Source of the DNA: Heterodontus francisci
Lineage: Eukaryota
DNA length: 64,000 nt
Direction of reading: 5' to 3'
NCBI RefSeq assembly: GCF_036365525.1
Contig: NC_090377.1
Location: 37,106,201 to 37,170,200 of the forward strand
Shown here: piece after piece, positions 39,421-52,433 of the stretch
Numbering within the stretch: the first letter of the stretch is position 1
How the letters are laid out: each line of letters starts with the position of its first letter
The notes under the pieces: generated by a model
The model's database searches: none
Told to the model about the DNA's origin: nothing
The model's input: the letters and a program-made list of their open reading frames with translations, nothing else
Program-made: the position numbers and the translations under genes

Positions 39421-41649
39421 ATCCAGTGCTCTCTGACATACTTGAAACACCACAAATGGAAAGCAATCTCAGAAATGTAGACGTGTCAGTCTAGTTCCTT
39501 CTGACCCAGAGCATGAAATTTACAATTTACTGATCTCCAATTGACATCAGGAATTGAAAAACAGCTACAATTACCAAAGGGGTACTGTTTTTTAATTAAT
39601 TCAAGGGATGTAGGCAAGGCCAGCATTTATTACTCATTCCTTAAGCAAGTGATCTTAAAGGAACGGGCTGGGCAAAGGAGCTAAACATGACACAAATGCA
39701 AAAATGCTGTGGATACTGATCGGAAATACAAACAGAAATGGCTTCTGAGAGTGGCTGAGGCTTCCAAATAAATACATAGTGCAGGAACTCTGACACAAAC
39801 CATCATTTTAAATGTTTAATTATGTTCTAGAATATGTAACTTTTCAATATTTTAGCAAGCTTACTTTGAACCCATAATGAGCAGGCCAAGAGGGGAAAAA
39901 ATGCAGGAGGGAAATAATCGAATAGTTCTTCGGTTATTTGTATTCACATTTCCATATTTTAGCATTTACCCATTTTTGATAGGAAGTGTTTTTTTAAATT
40001 TTGAACTGGTACTTACTGCTGACTGTTTGATGTGTTGTGCATCTGCTCAGTTTGGAATTGTCACTTGAGATTTAATCCAATCAGTTAAATTGTAATACTT
40101 GAATCAATGAGGTGTGATGCCAAAATGTGTCAAAGAAAAGGCAGTTTGGCAACCAAAATGTGACAGACAGAAAATGTGGGAGTCTTGGTTAATACAATGG
40201 ATAGCTGACTCCCATGAGTTTGTTCAGAGAAAGCAAAATTGCTTTGGAGTACTTTGATGCATTGGTTAATCACAAGGCTCAAAAAAAAGAAACACTTGAG
40301 TTTACCAAATCCCTTGGAAAAATCACAGAGCACTTTAGAATGAACTACCTTTAAGTACAGGAGTGACTATAATTACATAGGCAAAAATAGTTATTTTTCA
40401 CAAAGCACGGCCTCGCCTGCAGCACAGGATGAAGGATCAGTTGATGCTTTTGGCAAGATCTGTTAAGGTCGCACACTGAAAAAATACCACTGAATTCTTA
40501 CTCTCCATGTGAACAGGGAAAGTGGGGGTCATAGTTCAACATCTGAAGTGAAGAACGGTACCTGTAACAATTCAGCACTTCCTCACTATTACTACCACCC
40601 AGCCAGGTTGATGCACATGAAAAAGGACATGAACAATGACACTGTATACACTCGAATATAAAGAGATAGTTAAATGCTATTGAGTGATCAAGGAAAATGA
40701 GAAACAGTTACCAAAGAAATAGTCACATTGCTAACTGAGACTGATCAACAGTTATCATAGAAAGAGTCATTTGCTTACTTGAGACCAATAAGAAGCTCAT
40801 AATACACATAATTGACAGGTGAGATTCAGTGGCTACACTGCTGCCATGAGTTAATCATTCAAAAAGATAAATCCAAAAACATTAAAGAAGTTTAAATGTA
40901 AATAGACTGATGAGATGCCAAATAATCAGAGATAATCAATGAGCAGCAACTATGACTGATGCAATTTTTCAGCACATCGATCCAGTGAACCAACTGACTC
41001 AGTGAACGATTCTCTTGGAAGATACTCACTTTTTATACTTTCATTGACAGAAAGATGAGCTGGATCATGCTTCACTACTTCTGAATGAAATGAATGTTAT
41101 TCTGAACATTTCATTAAACAAACCTTGTATGAAAGAAAACAGTTTGATAATATTAGAAAATGTTTATTTTCAGATGTTCTCTGAATATAGTGGGCTGCAT
41201 CCAGCATAGCATCCAGTTTGGAAGCAAGACAACATTAGGGAATACTGGTGACAGAGCAGCAGGCTAACATCAGGAATGGGTGTGGGAGGGGAGTTGCAGA
41301 GCATTGAGGAAGAGAGGGGTGGCACAGCTTCGAGGAATTGTGTGAGAGATGAGTAGCACATCATGGAAGAGGATGAGTCAGGTGTGGTATAATTGAGGAA
41401 TCTTTGTTAATTCTGCATTGGTTGGGCATGTTTAGTGTCCAGCAAGTGGAGCGATACGATGTCAAAGAACCTATAGTGTGTTGTTGCATGCCATTGTCAA
41501 GCATTTTAAATCCAAAAGGAATGGAAGAGAGATAAAGTTCTTGTAATTCACCTTCAATCTCAAAGCGATTGAGACCTTGTAGTTTGAGAGATGCTGTAGA
41601 ATCCACATACAAGGTAGCAGATTAAAAAGCAGAACCTGAAAGGTTCTAA

Positions 41650-44600
41650 TCTCTGGATTAATCGTGGTGCCACGTGCTAGTGAGAATAGGAGGATAGAGC
41701 CAATGAATGCGTGGCTGAAGAGATGGGTGTAGGAGGGAGGGGTGTAGTTTCCTGGATCGCTGGGTCTGTTTCTGGCAAAGGTGGGACCTGTACAAGTCAG
41801 ACAGGTTGCACCTGAACTGGAATGGGACCAACATCCTTGCAGGGAGGTTTGCTAGTGCTGTTGGGGGTGGGGAGGGGAGGGGGGGTGGGGGGAGGGGCGG
41901 GTGTAAACTATTTTGGGGGGGGTGCGGGTGGGTTTAGACAAATTTGGTAGGGGGATGGGATACAGAGTGGAAGTACAGTAGTGGGTGATGCACAGCCAAA
42001 TATAGAAATGAAACTAGGTCCATCTGGAAGGCAGAGCAAACATTGTTAAGGCACAAGCGAATACTGCAAGGCTGGATTGCATCTATTTTAACGCAAGGAG
42101 TCTTACAAGTAAGGCAGATGAGTTGAGGGTGTTGATTAACACATGGGAATGTGATATTATTGCTATCACAGAGACATGGTTGAGGGAAGGGCAGGACTGG
42201 CAGCTCAGTATTCCAGGGTATAGAATCTTCAGGCGTGCCAGGGTGGGGGGGCAGTGTAAAAGAGAAGGTGGCGTTGCACTATTGATCAAGGAGTCAATTA
42301 CAACAGTAAAGAGGGATGATATCTTAGAAGGTTCCTCAAATGAGGCCATATGGGTAGAACTTAAAAACAAAAAGGGGGATATCACTTTTCTGGGAGTGTA
42401 CTACGGGCCTCGAAACAATCAGGGAGAGATAGAGGAGCAGATATGGAGGCAAATCTCAGAAGGGTGTAAAGGTAATAGGGTAATAATAGTCAGGGATTTT
42501 AACTTCCCCAATATTAACTGGGATAGTCTTAGTGCAAAAGGCTTAAAGGGGGCAGAATTCTTAAAGTGCATCCAGGAGAGCTTTTAGAGCTAGCACGTAG
42601 AAAGTCCAACAAGAGAAGGGGCGGTAATGACCTAATCTTAGGGAATGAAGCCAGACAAATGGTAGAAGTGTCAGTAGGGGAGCATTTCGGGGATACTGAC
42701 CTTGACTCTAAGATCTAAACTATTTATGGAAAAGGATAAAGATGGACCAGAAATAAAGGTACTGAATTGGGAGAAGGCCGATTTCAATATGATAAAACAG
42801 GATCTGGCCAAAGTAGACTGGGAGCAGCTACTTGTAGGAAAGTCTACATCCGACCAGTGGGAGTCATTCAAAAAGGAAATAGTGAGAGTTCAGGGCCAAC
42901 ATGTTCCCGTAAAGGTGAAGGGTAGGACCAACAAGTCCAGGGAACCCTGGATGTCAGGGAATATAGAGGATTGGATAAGGAGAAAAAAAAGGAGGCTTAA
43001 GGCAGATTCAGAGGGCTGAAAACCAAGGAGGCCCGAGAGGAGTACAGAAAGTGTAGGGGGGGTACTTAAAAAAGCGATTAGGAGAGCGACTAGGGGACAT
43101 GAAAAAACACTGGTGGACAAGATAAAGGAAAATCCCAAGACATTTCATAAATATATTAAGGGCAAGAGGATAACCATGGAAAGAGTAGGGCCCATTAGGG
43201 ACCAAAGTGGCAATCTGTGTGTGGAGCCGGAGGACGTAGGTAAAGTTTGGAATGATTACTTTTCATCTGTGTTCACTATGGAGTAGGAAGATGTAGATGT
43301 AGAGATCAGGGAGGGGGATTGTGATATACTTGAACAAATTAGCATTGAAAGGGAGGAGGTATTAGCTGTTTTAGCAGACTTAAAAATGGATAAATCCCCA
43401 GGCCCAGATGAGATGTATCCCAGGCTGCTATGTGAGGCAAGGGAGGAGATTACAGGGGCTCTGACACAAATTGTCAAATCCTTTCTGGCCACAGGAGAGG
43501 TGTCGGAGGACTGGAGGACAGCAAATGTGATACCATTATTTAAGAAGGGTAGTAGGGATAAACCAGGTAATTGCAGGCCAGTGGGTCTAACATCAGTGGT
43601 TGGGAAATTATTGGAAAAAATTCTGAGGGGCATGATTAATCTCCATTTGGAGAGGCAGGAATTAATCAGGGATAGTCAGCATGGCTTTGTCAGGGGGTGA
43701 TCGTGTCTATAAATTTGATTGAATGTTTTGAGGAGGTGACTCGATGTGTAAATGAAGGTAAAGCAGCTGATGTAGTCTACATGGATTTCAGTAAGGCTTT
43801 TGATAAGGTCCCGCATGGGATATTGGTCAAGAAGGTTCGAGCCCATGTGATCCAGGGCAATTTGGCAATTTTTTCCCAAAATTGGCTAAGTTGCAGGATG
43901 CAGAGGGTGATGGTTGAGGGTAGTTTTTGCGAGTGGAAGCCTGTGACCAGTGGTGTACCGCAGGGATCAGTGCTGGGACCCTTGCTGTTTGTAGTGTACA
44001 TTAATGATTTAGACGTGAATATAGGAGGTATGATAAGTAAGTTCGCAGATGACACAAAAATTGATGGTGTCGTAAATAGTGAGGAGGAAAGCCTTAGATT
44101 ACAGGACGATATAGATGGACTGGTAAGATAGGCAGAGCAGTGGCAGATGGAATTTCATCCTGAGAAGTGTGAGGTGATGCATTCTGGAAGGACTAACCAG
44201 GCAAGAGAATATACAATGGATGGTAAGACCCTAGGAAGTATAGAGGGTCAGAGGGAGCTTGGTGTTCTTGTCCATAGATCACTGAAGGCAGCAGCACAGG
44301 TAGATAAGGTGGTTAGGAAGGCATATGGGATACTTGCCTTTGTTAGCCGAAGCATAGAATATAAGAGCAGGGAGGTTATAAAATGCTAATTAAGCCACAG
44401 CTGGAGTACTGTGTACAGTTCTGGTCGCCACACTGTAGGAAGGATGTGATTGCACTGGAGAGGGTGCAGAGGAGATTTACCAGGATGTTGCCTGGGCTGG
44501 AGCATTTCAGCTATGACGAGAGGCTGGATAGGCTAAGGTTGTTTTCCTTAGAGCAGAGAAGGCTGAGGGGTGACCTGATAGAGGTATACAAAATTATGAA

Positions 44601-45048
44601 GGGCATAGATGGGGTAGAAAGGAAGAAACTTTTTCCCTTAGTGGAGGTGTCAATAACCAGGAGGCATAGATTTAAGGTAAGTGGCAGGGGGTTTAGAGGG
44701 GATTTGAGGAAAACATTTTTCACCCCGAGGGTGGTTGGTATCTGGAACACACTGCCTGAAGAGGTGGTAGAGGCAGGTACCCTCACAACATTTAAGAAGT
44801 ATTTAGATAAGCACTTGAAACACCATAGCATACAAGGCTACCGGCCAAGTGCTGGAAAATGGGATTCCTTAGAAAATAGGCAACATGTTTAGATAAAGGA
44901 TCTGGATTGGCGCAGGCTTGGAGGGCCGAAGGGCCTGTTCCTGTGCTGTAATTTTCTTCTTTGTTCTAGGTGCTTCATGGCCGGCACAGATACGATGGGC
45001 CGAAGGGCCTGTTTCTCTGCTGTAGATCTCTATTACTCTATGACTCTA
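41650..45048 (+). mobile_element. Near full-length CR1 LINE (3' part of ORF1 esterase + whole ORF2 APE-RT), decayed
   Basis: ORF1 tail MNAWL..W..RWDLYKSDRLHLNWNGTNILAGR; APE YFNARSL..DIIAITETWL..DFNFPNINW; [44 protein letters not shown]; C-term PQLEYCVQFWSP; 3' tail ctctatgactcta; scattered stops/frameshifts. Confidence 0.92.
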
Positions 45049-46258
45049 TAAGCTGTGAAACAAACTGGAGAAATTTGAAACTACTTTCCAGTGTAATTGA
45101 TAAATGCTTATGCCTGAGCTTGTTGAAAATCTTAATCTTATTCAAAAACAATAGAGCCAAAGTTGTTCATAGCACAGGAGGAGGCAAGTTGACCTGTTGT
45201 GCCTGTGCTGGTTTCTTGTTACAGGCATCTAAAACTCATCGTATTTGCTTCCGGTGACTGCCCCTCTTATCTGCTCAGAGGAGCAGGTTAAGATTGCAGG
45301 AAGACAGCAGGATTGGTGCAAGTACATCCCACAGTTATCCTATCCCATTCCCTTTTCACATATTTTGTACTATGCCACACTCTTTACCCTGCAGTTAATT
45401 ATAGAAACCTAAAGTATAGCAGCCTTGCCCTGAATGTTAAACTGATCACTGACTCTACTGAATCTACTTAGGAACAGTGCATTATGCAGGTTTGCAGATA
45501 AACACACCATGATATGCAACTGGTGCAATTGGGATATTATTCAATCCTCTTATGTGAATATATTGACGTATCAGTTCACATACTGGGAGATGCAACATAC
45601 CCAACATATTACTGGCTTCTGTAACCATTCACCAACAATAGCTGTCTTAGATCGAACAGCAATAATACATTGACAGGTTACTGAGCACACAAATGTTCAA
45701 TGAACAAACTTGCAGGAGGCTGAAACTGTGCTATAAATATCTTTTGTAGCATAATGATACCATTTGTGTCCACAATGATTACAATGCATTGCATTCTGCA
45801 TGATGTGTGTTTCTGCTTGATTGATTTGAAAAAATGACAGAGAAAAATGCCTCACAGTCTGTGACAGCACATACATCCAATATAATGGCAGAGGGCTCAT
45901 CGTAGAATATATGAAATACATGAACTTCTATCTGAACACTTTTGAAGGGAGCTTATAATATTGGGGTAATTTGCAACCCTTGACATAGCAATAAATAATC
46001 ATGTAACCACTTTGTTAACTGCTTCGGATGTACCACACAATAAAATGATTCTGTGGCATGTTTCCAGTTTATCTAAGTATGTTGTTGCGAACAGGTGAGA
46101 AAGGTTTCTTGGGGTCGTTTTCTGTCTTCAGCTGGTCTTATTGTAATAGGGTTTAATTTTAAACACACTGTGTTTTGAGCTCCCCCTTTGGCGAATCCAT
46201 TTTCACCACTTACTATTTATAAGGCAAAGAAATAAGCATGAACATGCTTTCTTAGGTT

Positions 46259-47478
46259 TGTTATGACCGACCGCTCCAGTCAAAGCCCCCAATCAAAATA
46301 TATGATTCTGATTGTGGTGGGAGAAATGCACTGTTAATACAATCCCATCCCTCCACAGATCGCCTAACATCATTTTAAACTTTCCAAATTAAAGAAAGAC
46401 CCAACCAGTTGAACTATCTATTAACCCCTGAATGAGGCTAACCAAAGCAGGTGTCTTTAAATCAACACATTAACTGTTTAATTAGAAAAACTAAATTCTG
46501 AAACACTATTAAAATATAAACAACATTTAAAGTAGAAAAATTAAAGTCCTTGCATATTTGGGCAGCATAGTGGCGCAGTGGTTAGCACTGCAGCCTCACA
46601 GCTCCAGCGACCTGGGTTCAGTTCTGGGTACTGCCTGTGCGGAGTTTGCAAGTTCTCCCTGTGTCTGCGTGGGTTTCGGCCGGGTGCTCCAGTTTCCTCC
46701 CACAGCCAAAGACTTGCAGGTTGATAGGTAAATTGGCCATTGTAAATTGTCCCTAGTGTAGGTAGGTGGTAGGAAAATGGTGGGGATGTGGTAGGAATAT
46801 GGGGTTAATGTTGGATTAGTATAAATGGGTGGTTGTTGGTCGGCACAGGCTCGGTGGGCCGAAGGGCCTGTTTCAGTGCTGTATCTCTAAATAAATAAAT
46901 ATTGCGCTCCTGCTGGATGTGGAACAGTGCAAGGTTGCTTGAAGTCCTCACCAGCCGTCTGATGGGGAGGGAAAAGGTTCTTCAACAATACAACGGTCCG
47001 TCGTCTAATTTCAGAAGTTGAAATTGATGTTTTCCTTCTCCGCGATGAATTTCAACAATTAACAACTTGAAAGCATTTCTTAATGAATCAATTTGGCTTT
47101 AGAATTTTTGAGGGATCAAAGATTGTCACAGTCTAACTTCCCTTCCTTCAGTTTAAATGGTCTGAGAGTTCTCGTTTCAGGTGCTAACACACAGCTGTCT
47201 GTCTGTTTCTCTGAGATAGAACAGTCTGTTTCTGCTATAAGCCAGTTCAAAATGAAATTGTAACACTGTATCTATTGATCTCTGGTCCTGAATGGATGTA
47301 TCCCAGGCAATAAAAATGCACAGTTTGATGCTCAGTCTCTGAATGGCTGTATCCTGGGGCAACAAGAATGCATTATTTTACTCAGTTTTAGATCTTGCTG
47401 CCTTAAAGAAGCACTGCTGCCTTTCCAGCCTGAAAGTTACACTGCATTCTTCCCAAAAAAAACTACAGGATCACAACA
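46259..47478 (-). mobile_element. Solo LTR of a different family nested in the 3' LTR
   Basis: Termini TGTTATGACC / GGATCACAACA; absent from the other LTR, whose sequence ggtttaaag shows the empty site; GTT(T) duplicated at both junctions. Confidence 0.8.
46560..46898 (+). mobile_element. Full-length HE1-type V-SINE
   Basis: gggcagcatagtggcgcagtggttagc (A box), gggttcagttc (B box), V-domain, CR1-like tail, (taaa)n end. Confidence 0.9.
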
Positions 47479-48885
47479 GTTTAAAGAAGAAAAGTTAAAT
47501 TTATTAAATCTTAAACTTAAACTCGAGTACGGTTAATGCCTACAGATATACGACATGCCCACACTAGCATTCACCCGCGATACACACATGCAAATAGGGA
47601 CAGAAAATAGCAGAAGAAAAATAAAATGGAGAGGTTTGAGGCAATCTCTGAAGAGTTTCTTGTTTACTGTGCTTCAAGTTCACTCTAGTCCTTTTGTAAG
47701 TAGTCTTGCTTTTCGTTGGGGCCCAGTATTCTTCTTAAACCTTGTTTACTGTAGGAGACTTTCCTTTCTTGGGGTTCATGTGTCTTCAATAGTTTCCGAC
47801 GCTGCAGAGAGCGAAATGAGTGCAGACAGGAGAGAAGTGTTTTCAGTCCAGGAGAAAACAACTTTGAGTTCAAAATCCCTGTTGGCAGCTCAAATGAAAA
47901 AAAAACGGCAACAGTCAGCCAGTCATGTGACCAAACTGGTCCGACCACGTCTGTTTATGTATTCAGCCATCTTAGCAGTTAACTTGGAATGCTAGCCTTT
48001 CCACCTTCAATGTCTGGTAATCAAAAGTACATTGTGGATTAAATTGGAGCAGGGAATAGCTCCTTTGTCCTTTGAAGTACTTGTCTGTTGATATGCTAAT
48101 GTCTCTCTCCAGCCAAAGTCTCCAATTGATTTGAAGCAAGTTCTTTCTTCAACCATAGTTTAAAATCAATGTTCATGTGGCAAAATTAATTTTCCTCATT
48201 CTTGGCAGGTGGGGGACTTGCCTGACACCTCCACACTCAGGGGAATGAAATGCACTTTGATGAAAAATGGGGCGTTTTCCAGGGTTTGGAAGAAATATAA
48301 GATACAGAAAGAAAAAATATGCATTTCTCTGTCTTTTTCATTCATTCATCAATCTTAAAGCTGATTAAAATGGTATTTTCTGGGTGCCAAGGTTGCTTTA
48401 ATTTTCCCTTTCTTGTGAGGAGAGTTAATTGTGGACAGGTCTATCCTGAACTCTCTGAGTCATGCAAAGACTTTTGACTTCAGGAGATGGGTGTTTTTCT
48501 TTTCCTATGACTGTGCAGGAGAATTCTTTGTCACTCTCCCCTTTGTTCTCTGGGACACTCCTACCTGCAGCTATGTGTTCAGACTTAACTGCACTCTCGT
48601 GGCACTTCGACTAGATACGGCATCACCTATTAGGTTTCTCTGCCCCCGAGAGGTCTCTTTTTGTCTCTGCATGTTCCTGTGAATGCTGTTAGCAACTCTG
48701 GTGGGGTGCCTCTAGAGTCTGCATTTACATTGGAGAATGTGGCGTCTACCTTTTTACATTTTACAGAGTTGGTTGACCGGACAGTAGGGTTATCATCCGG
48801 GGTTCTTCCCTGACTTCCTTTAACCTACGCTCTTGGTCACTTTTTTCCCCTTCTCTTTCTAAACCTTTTCCAGCCATGTGCTTGC

Positions 48886-50410
48886 TTATCCCCCTTTTGT
48901 TCTCGGCGTGGGTCCCTTACAGTTCACCTGCCCTCTGCTGGAGGGTCCTCCTAACACCTGAAAAGGACTTAGGGGTGCAGGTTTCACTGTAGGTTGTGGT
49001 TTCCCCTCAACCTGGCACATGTAGCAACTCCTGCAGTATTCCACCACATATTTGTGGAGTTTTGGCCAGTCGAACTGCTGTCTTATGTGGGCTTTGGTCT
49101 TTCGTGTACCGGCATGTACAGCCACTGTAGTCTCATGGGCCCTTCTTAATATTGCTCCCTGGTACCTCTGTGGCACCACTGTGGTGAACTACTGTCCATT
49201 CCTTTCCCTCAGGTCTGTGAGAAGAACTCCATTTTCTCATCTGTACCTTATTCTCTAAATAGTAGCAATCAGGGACTCCCTCTGCTTCACTTTCAGACTG
49301 GGCAGTCTTTGCTAACTGCAATACTGGGTCGGCTCACTGAGCCTCAGCTCGGTAAAATCCATTTAATTCATTCCTTGGATCTCCTAACTTTCCAAGGAAA
49401 GTCTAGGACAGGAAGACCTCATGGTCATCTGCCTGCAGTGCCAATGCAGTCTCCTCTGGCGGAGCTGGTTTGATCATGGCCTGACCCACTACACATGCAG
49501 GGACTCTGCAGGGGGCTGTCTCCTACCACTTCCCTGTCTCTGTGACCTCCTCCAGTCCTTCTTTCACTATTGGGGGGGCTACCACCTTCACCCCCACCAG
49601 ATCATTACCTAAGAGCAGGTCAACCCTGTTCACAAGCAAACTAGGGACAATCCCTATGGTCATCGGTCCCGAAACTAGATCATACAGGGACAGGCATACA
49701 CTGCCCTCCAATACCAATCACCACCATTCTGGTGTTCATTGCACTCTCTGAGGGAAAGAACAAAGAACAGTACAGCACAGGAACAGGCCATTCGGCCCTC
49801 CAAGCCTGCGCCGATCTTGATGCCTGCCTAACTAACACCTTCTGCACTTCCAGGGCCCATATCCCTCTATTCCCTTTCTATTCATGTATTTGTCAAGATG
49901 TCTGTTAAATGTCACTATCGTATCTGCTTCCATCACCTCCCCTGGCAGCAGGTTCCAGGCACTCACCACTCTCTGTGTAAAACACTTGCCTCGCACATCC
50001 CTTCCAAACTTTGCCCCTTGCACCTTAAACCTATGTCCTCTAGTAACTGACTCTTCCACCCTGGGAAAAAGCTTCTGACTATCCGCTCTGTCCATGCCGC
50101 TCATAACTTTGTAAACCTCTATCATGTCGCCCCTCCACCTCCGTCGTTCCAGTGAAAACAATCCGAGTTGATCCAACCTCTCCTCATAGCTAATGCCCTC
50201 CAGACCAGGCAACATCCTGGTAAACCTCCTCTGTACCCTCTCCAAAGCCTCCACCTCCTTCTGGTAATGTGGCAACCAGAATTGCACGCAATATTCTAAG
50301 TGTGGCCTAACTAAGGTTCTGTACAGGCCTTTTCCCAGTAAAAGGGATCTAGTGGCCCCTGTGTCCCTGAGAATTACTATGGGCTTGCTTGCCCCACTCG
50401 AGGGATATGG
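48886..50410 (-). pseudogene. Gypsy pol remnant: aspartic protease followed directly by integrase HHCC zinc-binding domain
   Basis: GASKPIVILRDTGATRSLLL (~50335-50396); GIVPSLLVNRVDLLLGNDL; AHE..AVHAG.RKT..IRQQFDWPKL..VVEYCRSCYMCQ..KP..PAPLSP (48886-49179); interrupted by CR1 at 49757-50326. Confidence 0.85.
49757..50326 (-). mobile_element. 5'-truncated CR1 inserted in the Gypsy protease region
   Basis: QFWLPHYQKEVEALERVQRRFTRMLPGL...FTQRVVSAWNLLP; tail ctgtactgttctttgttc. Confidence 0.88.
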
Positions 50411-50422
50411 GATTACTTTCCC

Positions 50423-51861
50423 TTAAAACACATAACCTTGATAACCTTCAGGAATCCTATCAACCTTTCCTGCACTGGCCGTAGCAAGCTTCCTGGGTTG
50501 CACTCTTACTGCAGTTAAAGCCACAGCTTGTTCTGTGTTTTCCATCAAGGTCCCGTCTTCACTGAGCGGGTGTGCCCTGATTAACCCTACTAATTTTCCC
50601 TTTAGTTTCCAGCAGTCAGCTTTGAAATTCTCTGCCTTAGTACAATGGAAGCACACAGGTCTCCGGGTCTCACTCTTGCTTACATCACCTTCCTTTTTAT
50701 CTGGAGGAGGGCCTCCTGTGTCTCCTGCTTTCCTTTCTCTTCCAGGACTGCCTGGGCAGATATCACCTTCCCACCCTTTGTCCTTTTCGGATTTGTGGGA
50801 GTGATTAGGAAAGGTTCTCCCCTGGGAAACCGACTTATAAATTAAAGCAAACTCATCGGCCAGAACGGCCACTTGCCAGGCTCCCTGAACCCGCTGCTCC
50901 TCTACATGGGTCTTTATTGAGAATGGGAGAGAGTTTATAAATTCCTCTAACAGGATTACTTCTCTGAGAGTTTCGTAGCTGAGCTGTATTTTTAAAGCCC
51001 TCAGCCACTGGTCAAAAGCCAGCTGCTTACTTCTTTCAAACTCCAGATAAGTTTGATTGGCTTGCTTCTTGAGGGTTCTAAACTTTTGGCGATAGACTTC
51101 GGGTACTAGTTCATATGCCTCGAGGATAGCATTGTTGGTCAGTTCATAATTTGATGAACTCTCATCTGGCAACAGGGAATAAACCTCATGGGCTTTTCCG
51201 GTTAGTTTGCTTTGCATTAAAAGAGACCAGGTCTCAGCTGGTCATTTTAGCTGCCTTGCCAGTTTCTCAAAAGACACAATAAAAGCTTCCACATCTTTCT
51301 TATTGAATTTTGGAATTAATTGAGTGAGTTTTAGCAATCTTGTACCCAGCCGTGAATTCTGCTCCTTCATATTGGCCATGCTTTTACTGGGGATACTCTA
51401 TCGCCCCCGAGTTAACTCAAGCCGCTTCAACTCTCTTTCTACACAGTTTTTTCGGAATAATCTTTCTCTCTCTCTCTCTCTCTCCTTTCTTTCTCTCTGT
51501 CCTGCCTTTCATTTTCTTCATGTTCCTTTTGGAAGGCTCTCTCTTTCTCCCTCTCCTGCCTCTCTCTCTTCTTTTCTCCTTCCTCGAATTCAAGTTTCCA
51601 TTGTTCCAATTGTATCTTTGCAAACAGTACCCTGTCGGATTCTGCTTCTAACACTGCGTCTGCCTCTTCAGATTCAAGGGAAAAATGGTGGGCCAATAGC
51701 CTTAGGAGTTCAGACTTCCTACCCTTGCCACGTACAGTGATCCCACACTGCTCAGCCACTTTTCTCAACTCCTCCATAGACAGTGCTTTTAACTTATCCC
51801 AAGTTACTTCACCCTGGCTTGGAGAGCTACTAGCTTCAGTTGCAGACATGCTGATTTTCAA
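50423..51861 (-). pseudogene. Gypsy gag with SCAN-like capsid C-terminal domain and zinc knuckle, frameshifted
   Basis: N-term LKALSMEELRKVAEQCGI..KGRKSELL; E/R/K coiled coil; LTGKAHEVYSLL..YE..AIL.AYELVPEVYRQKFR..LREVILLEEFINSLP; CFHCTKAENFKADC (CX2CX4HX4C with H altered). Confidence 0.85.
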
Positions 51862-52078
51862 TCACGCACAACCACAAGAAAATCTATTTTAATCTTGCTC
51901 TTTTTTTGATTGGGGACAATATGGCTTCCCACTTCCAATTTCTCTCATTCATCTGTGGGTAAAATTCTGGACGCTAGCTCCTAAATTTCTGTTATGACCA
52001 GGTGAGAAAGGTGTCTAGGGGTCTTTTTCTGTCTTCACCTGGTTTTATTGTAACAGGTTTCAATTTTCAACACACTGT

Positions 52079-52433
52079 TTGATTTTTTAGATTTAGAGAT
52101 ACAGCACTGAAACAGGCCCTTCGGCCCACCGAGTCTGTGACGACCATTAACCACCCATTTATACTAATCCTACACTAATCCCATATTCCTACCACATCCT
52201 CACCTGTCCCTATATTCCCCTACCACCTACCTATACTAGGGGCAATTTATAATGGCCAATTTACCTATCAACCTGCAAGTCTTTTGGCTGTGGGAGGAAA
52301 CCAGAGCAACCGGAGGAAACCCACGCAGACACAGGGAGAACTTGCAAACTCCACACAGGCAGTACCCAGAATTGAACCCGGGTCACTGGAGCTGTGAGGC
52401 TGTGGTGCTAACCACTGCGCCACTGTGCCGCTC
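52079..52433 (-). mobile_element. Full-length HE1-type V-SINE nested in the 5' LTR
   Basis: Reverse complement of the 46560 SINE; TSD AACACACTGT at 52069-52078 and 52436-52445; absent from the other LTR. Confidence 0.9.

Noticed and set aside
40600-41620. Purine-rich stretch with faint resemblance to a decayed hAT transposase
   Set aside because: No convincing motif in any frame; cannot be supported without a profile search
41860-41960. G-run cluster (also 20041-20070, 36560-36790)
   Set aside because: G/C homopolymer expansions within CR1, LTR and MITE sequence; potential G4 but no evidence of function
46560-46635. tRNA gene-like A/B boxes (also 28086, 52360-52433)
   Set aside because: Head of a tRNA-derived SINE followed by V-domain and LINE tail, not a tRNA gene
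47555-47995. 146-aa ORF duplicated at 52612-52980
   Set aside because: Both lie in the paired LTRs; similarity reflects LTR identity, no protein motif
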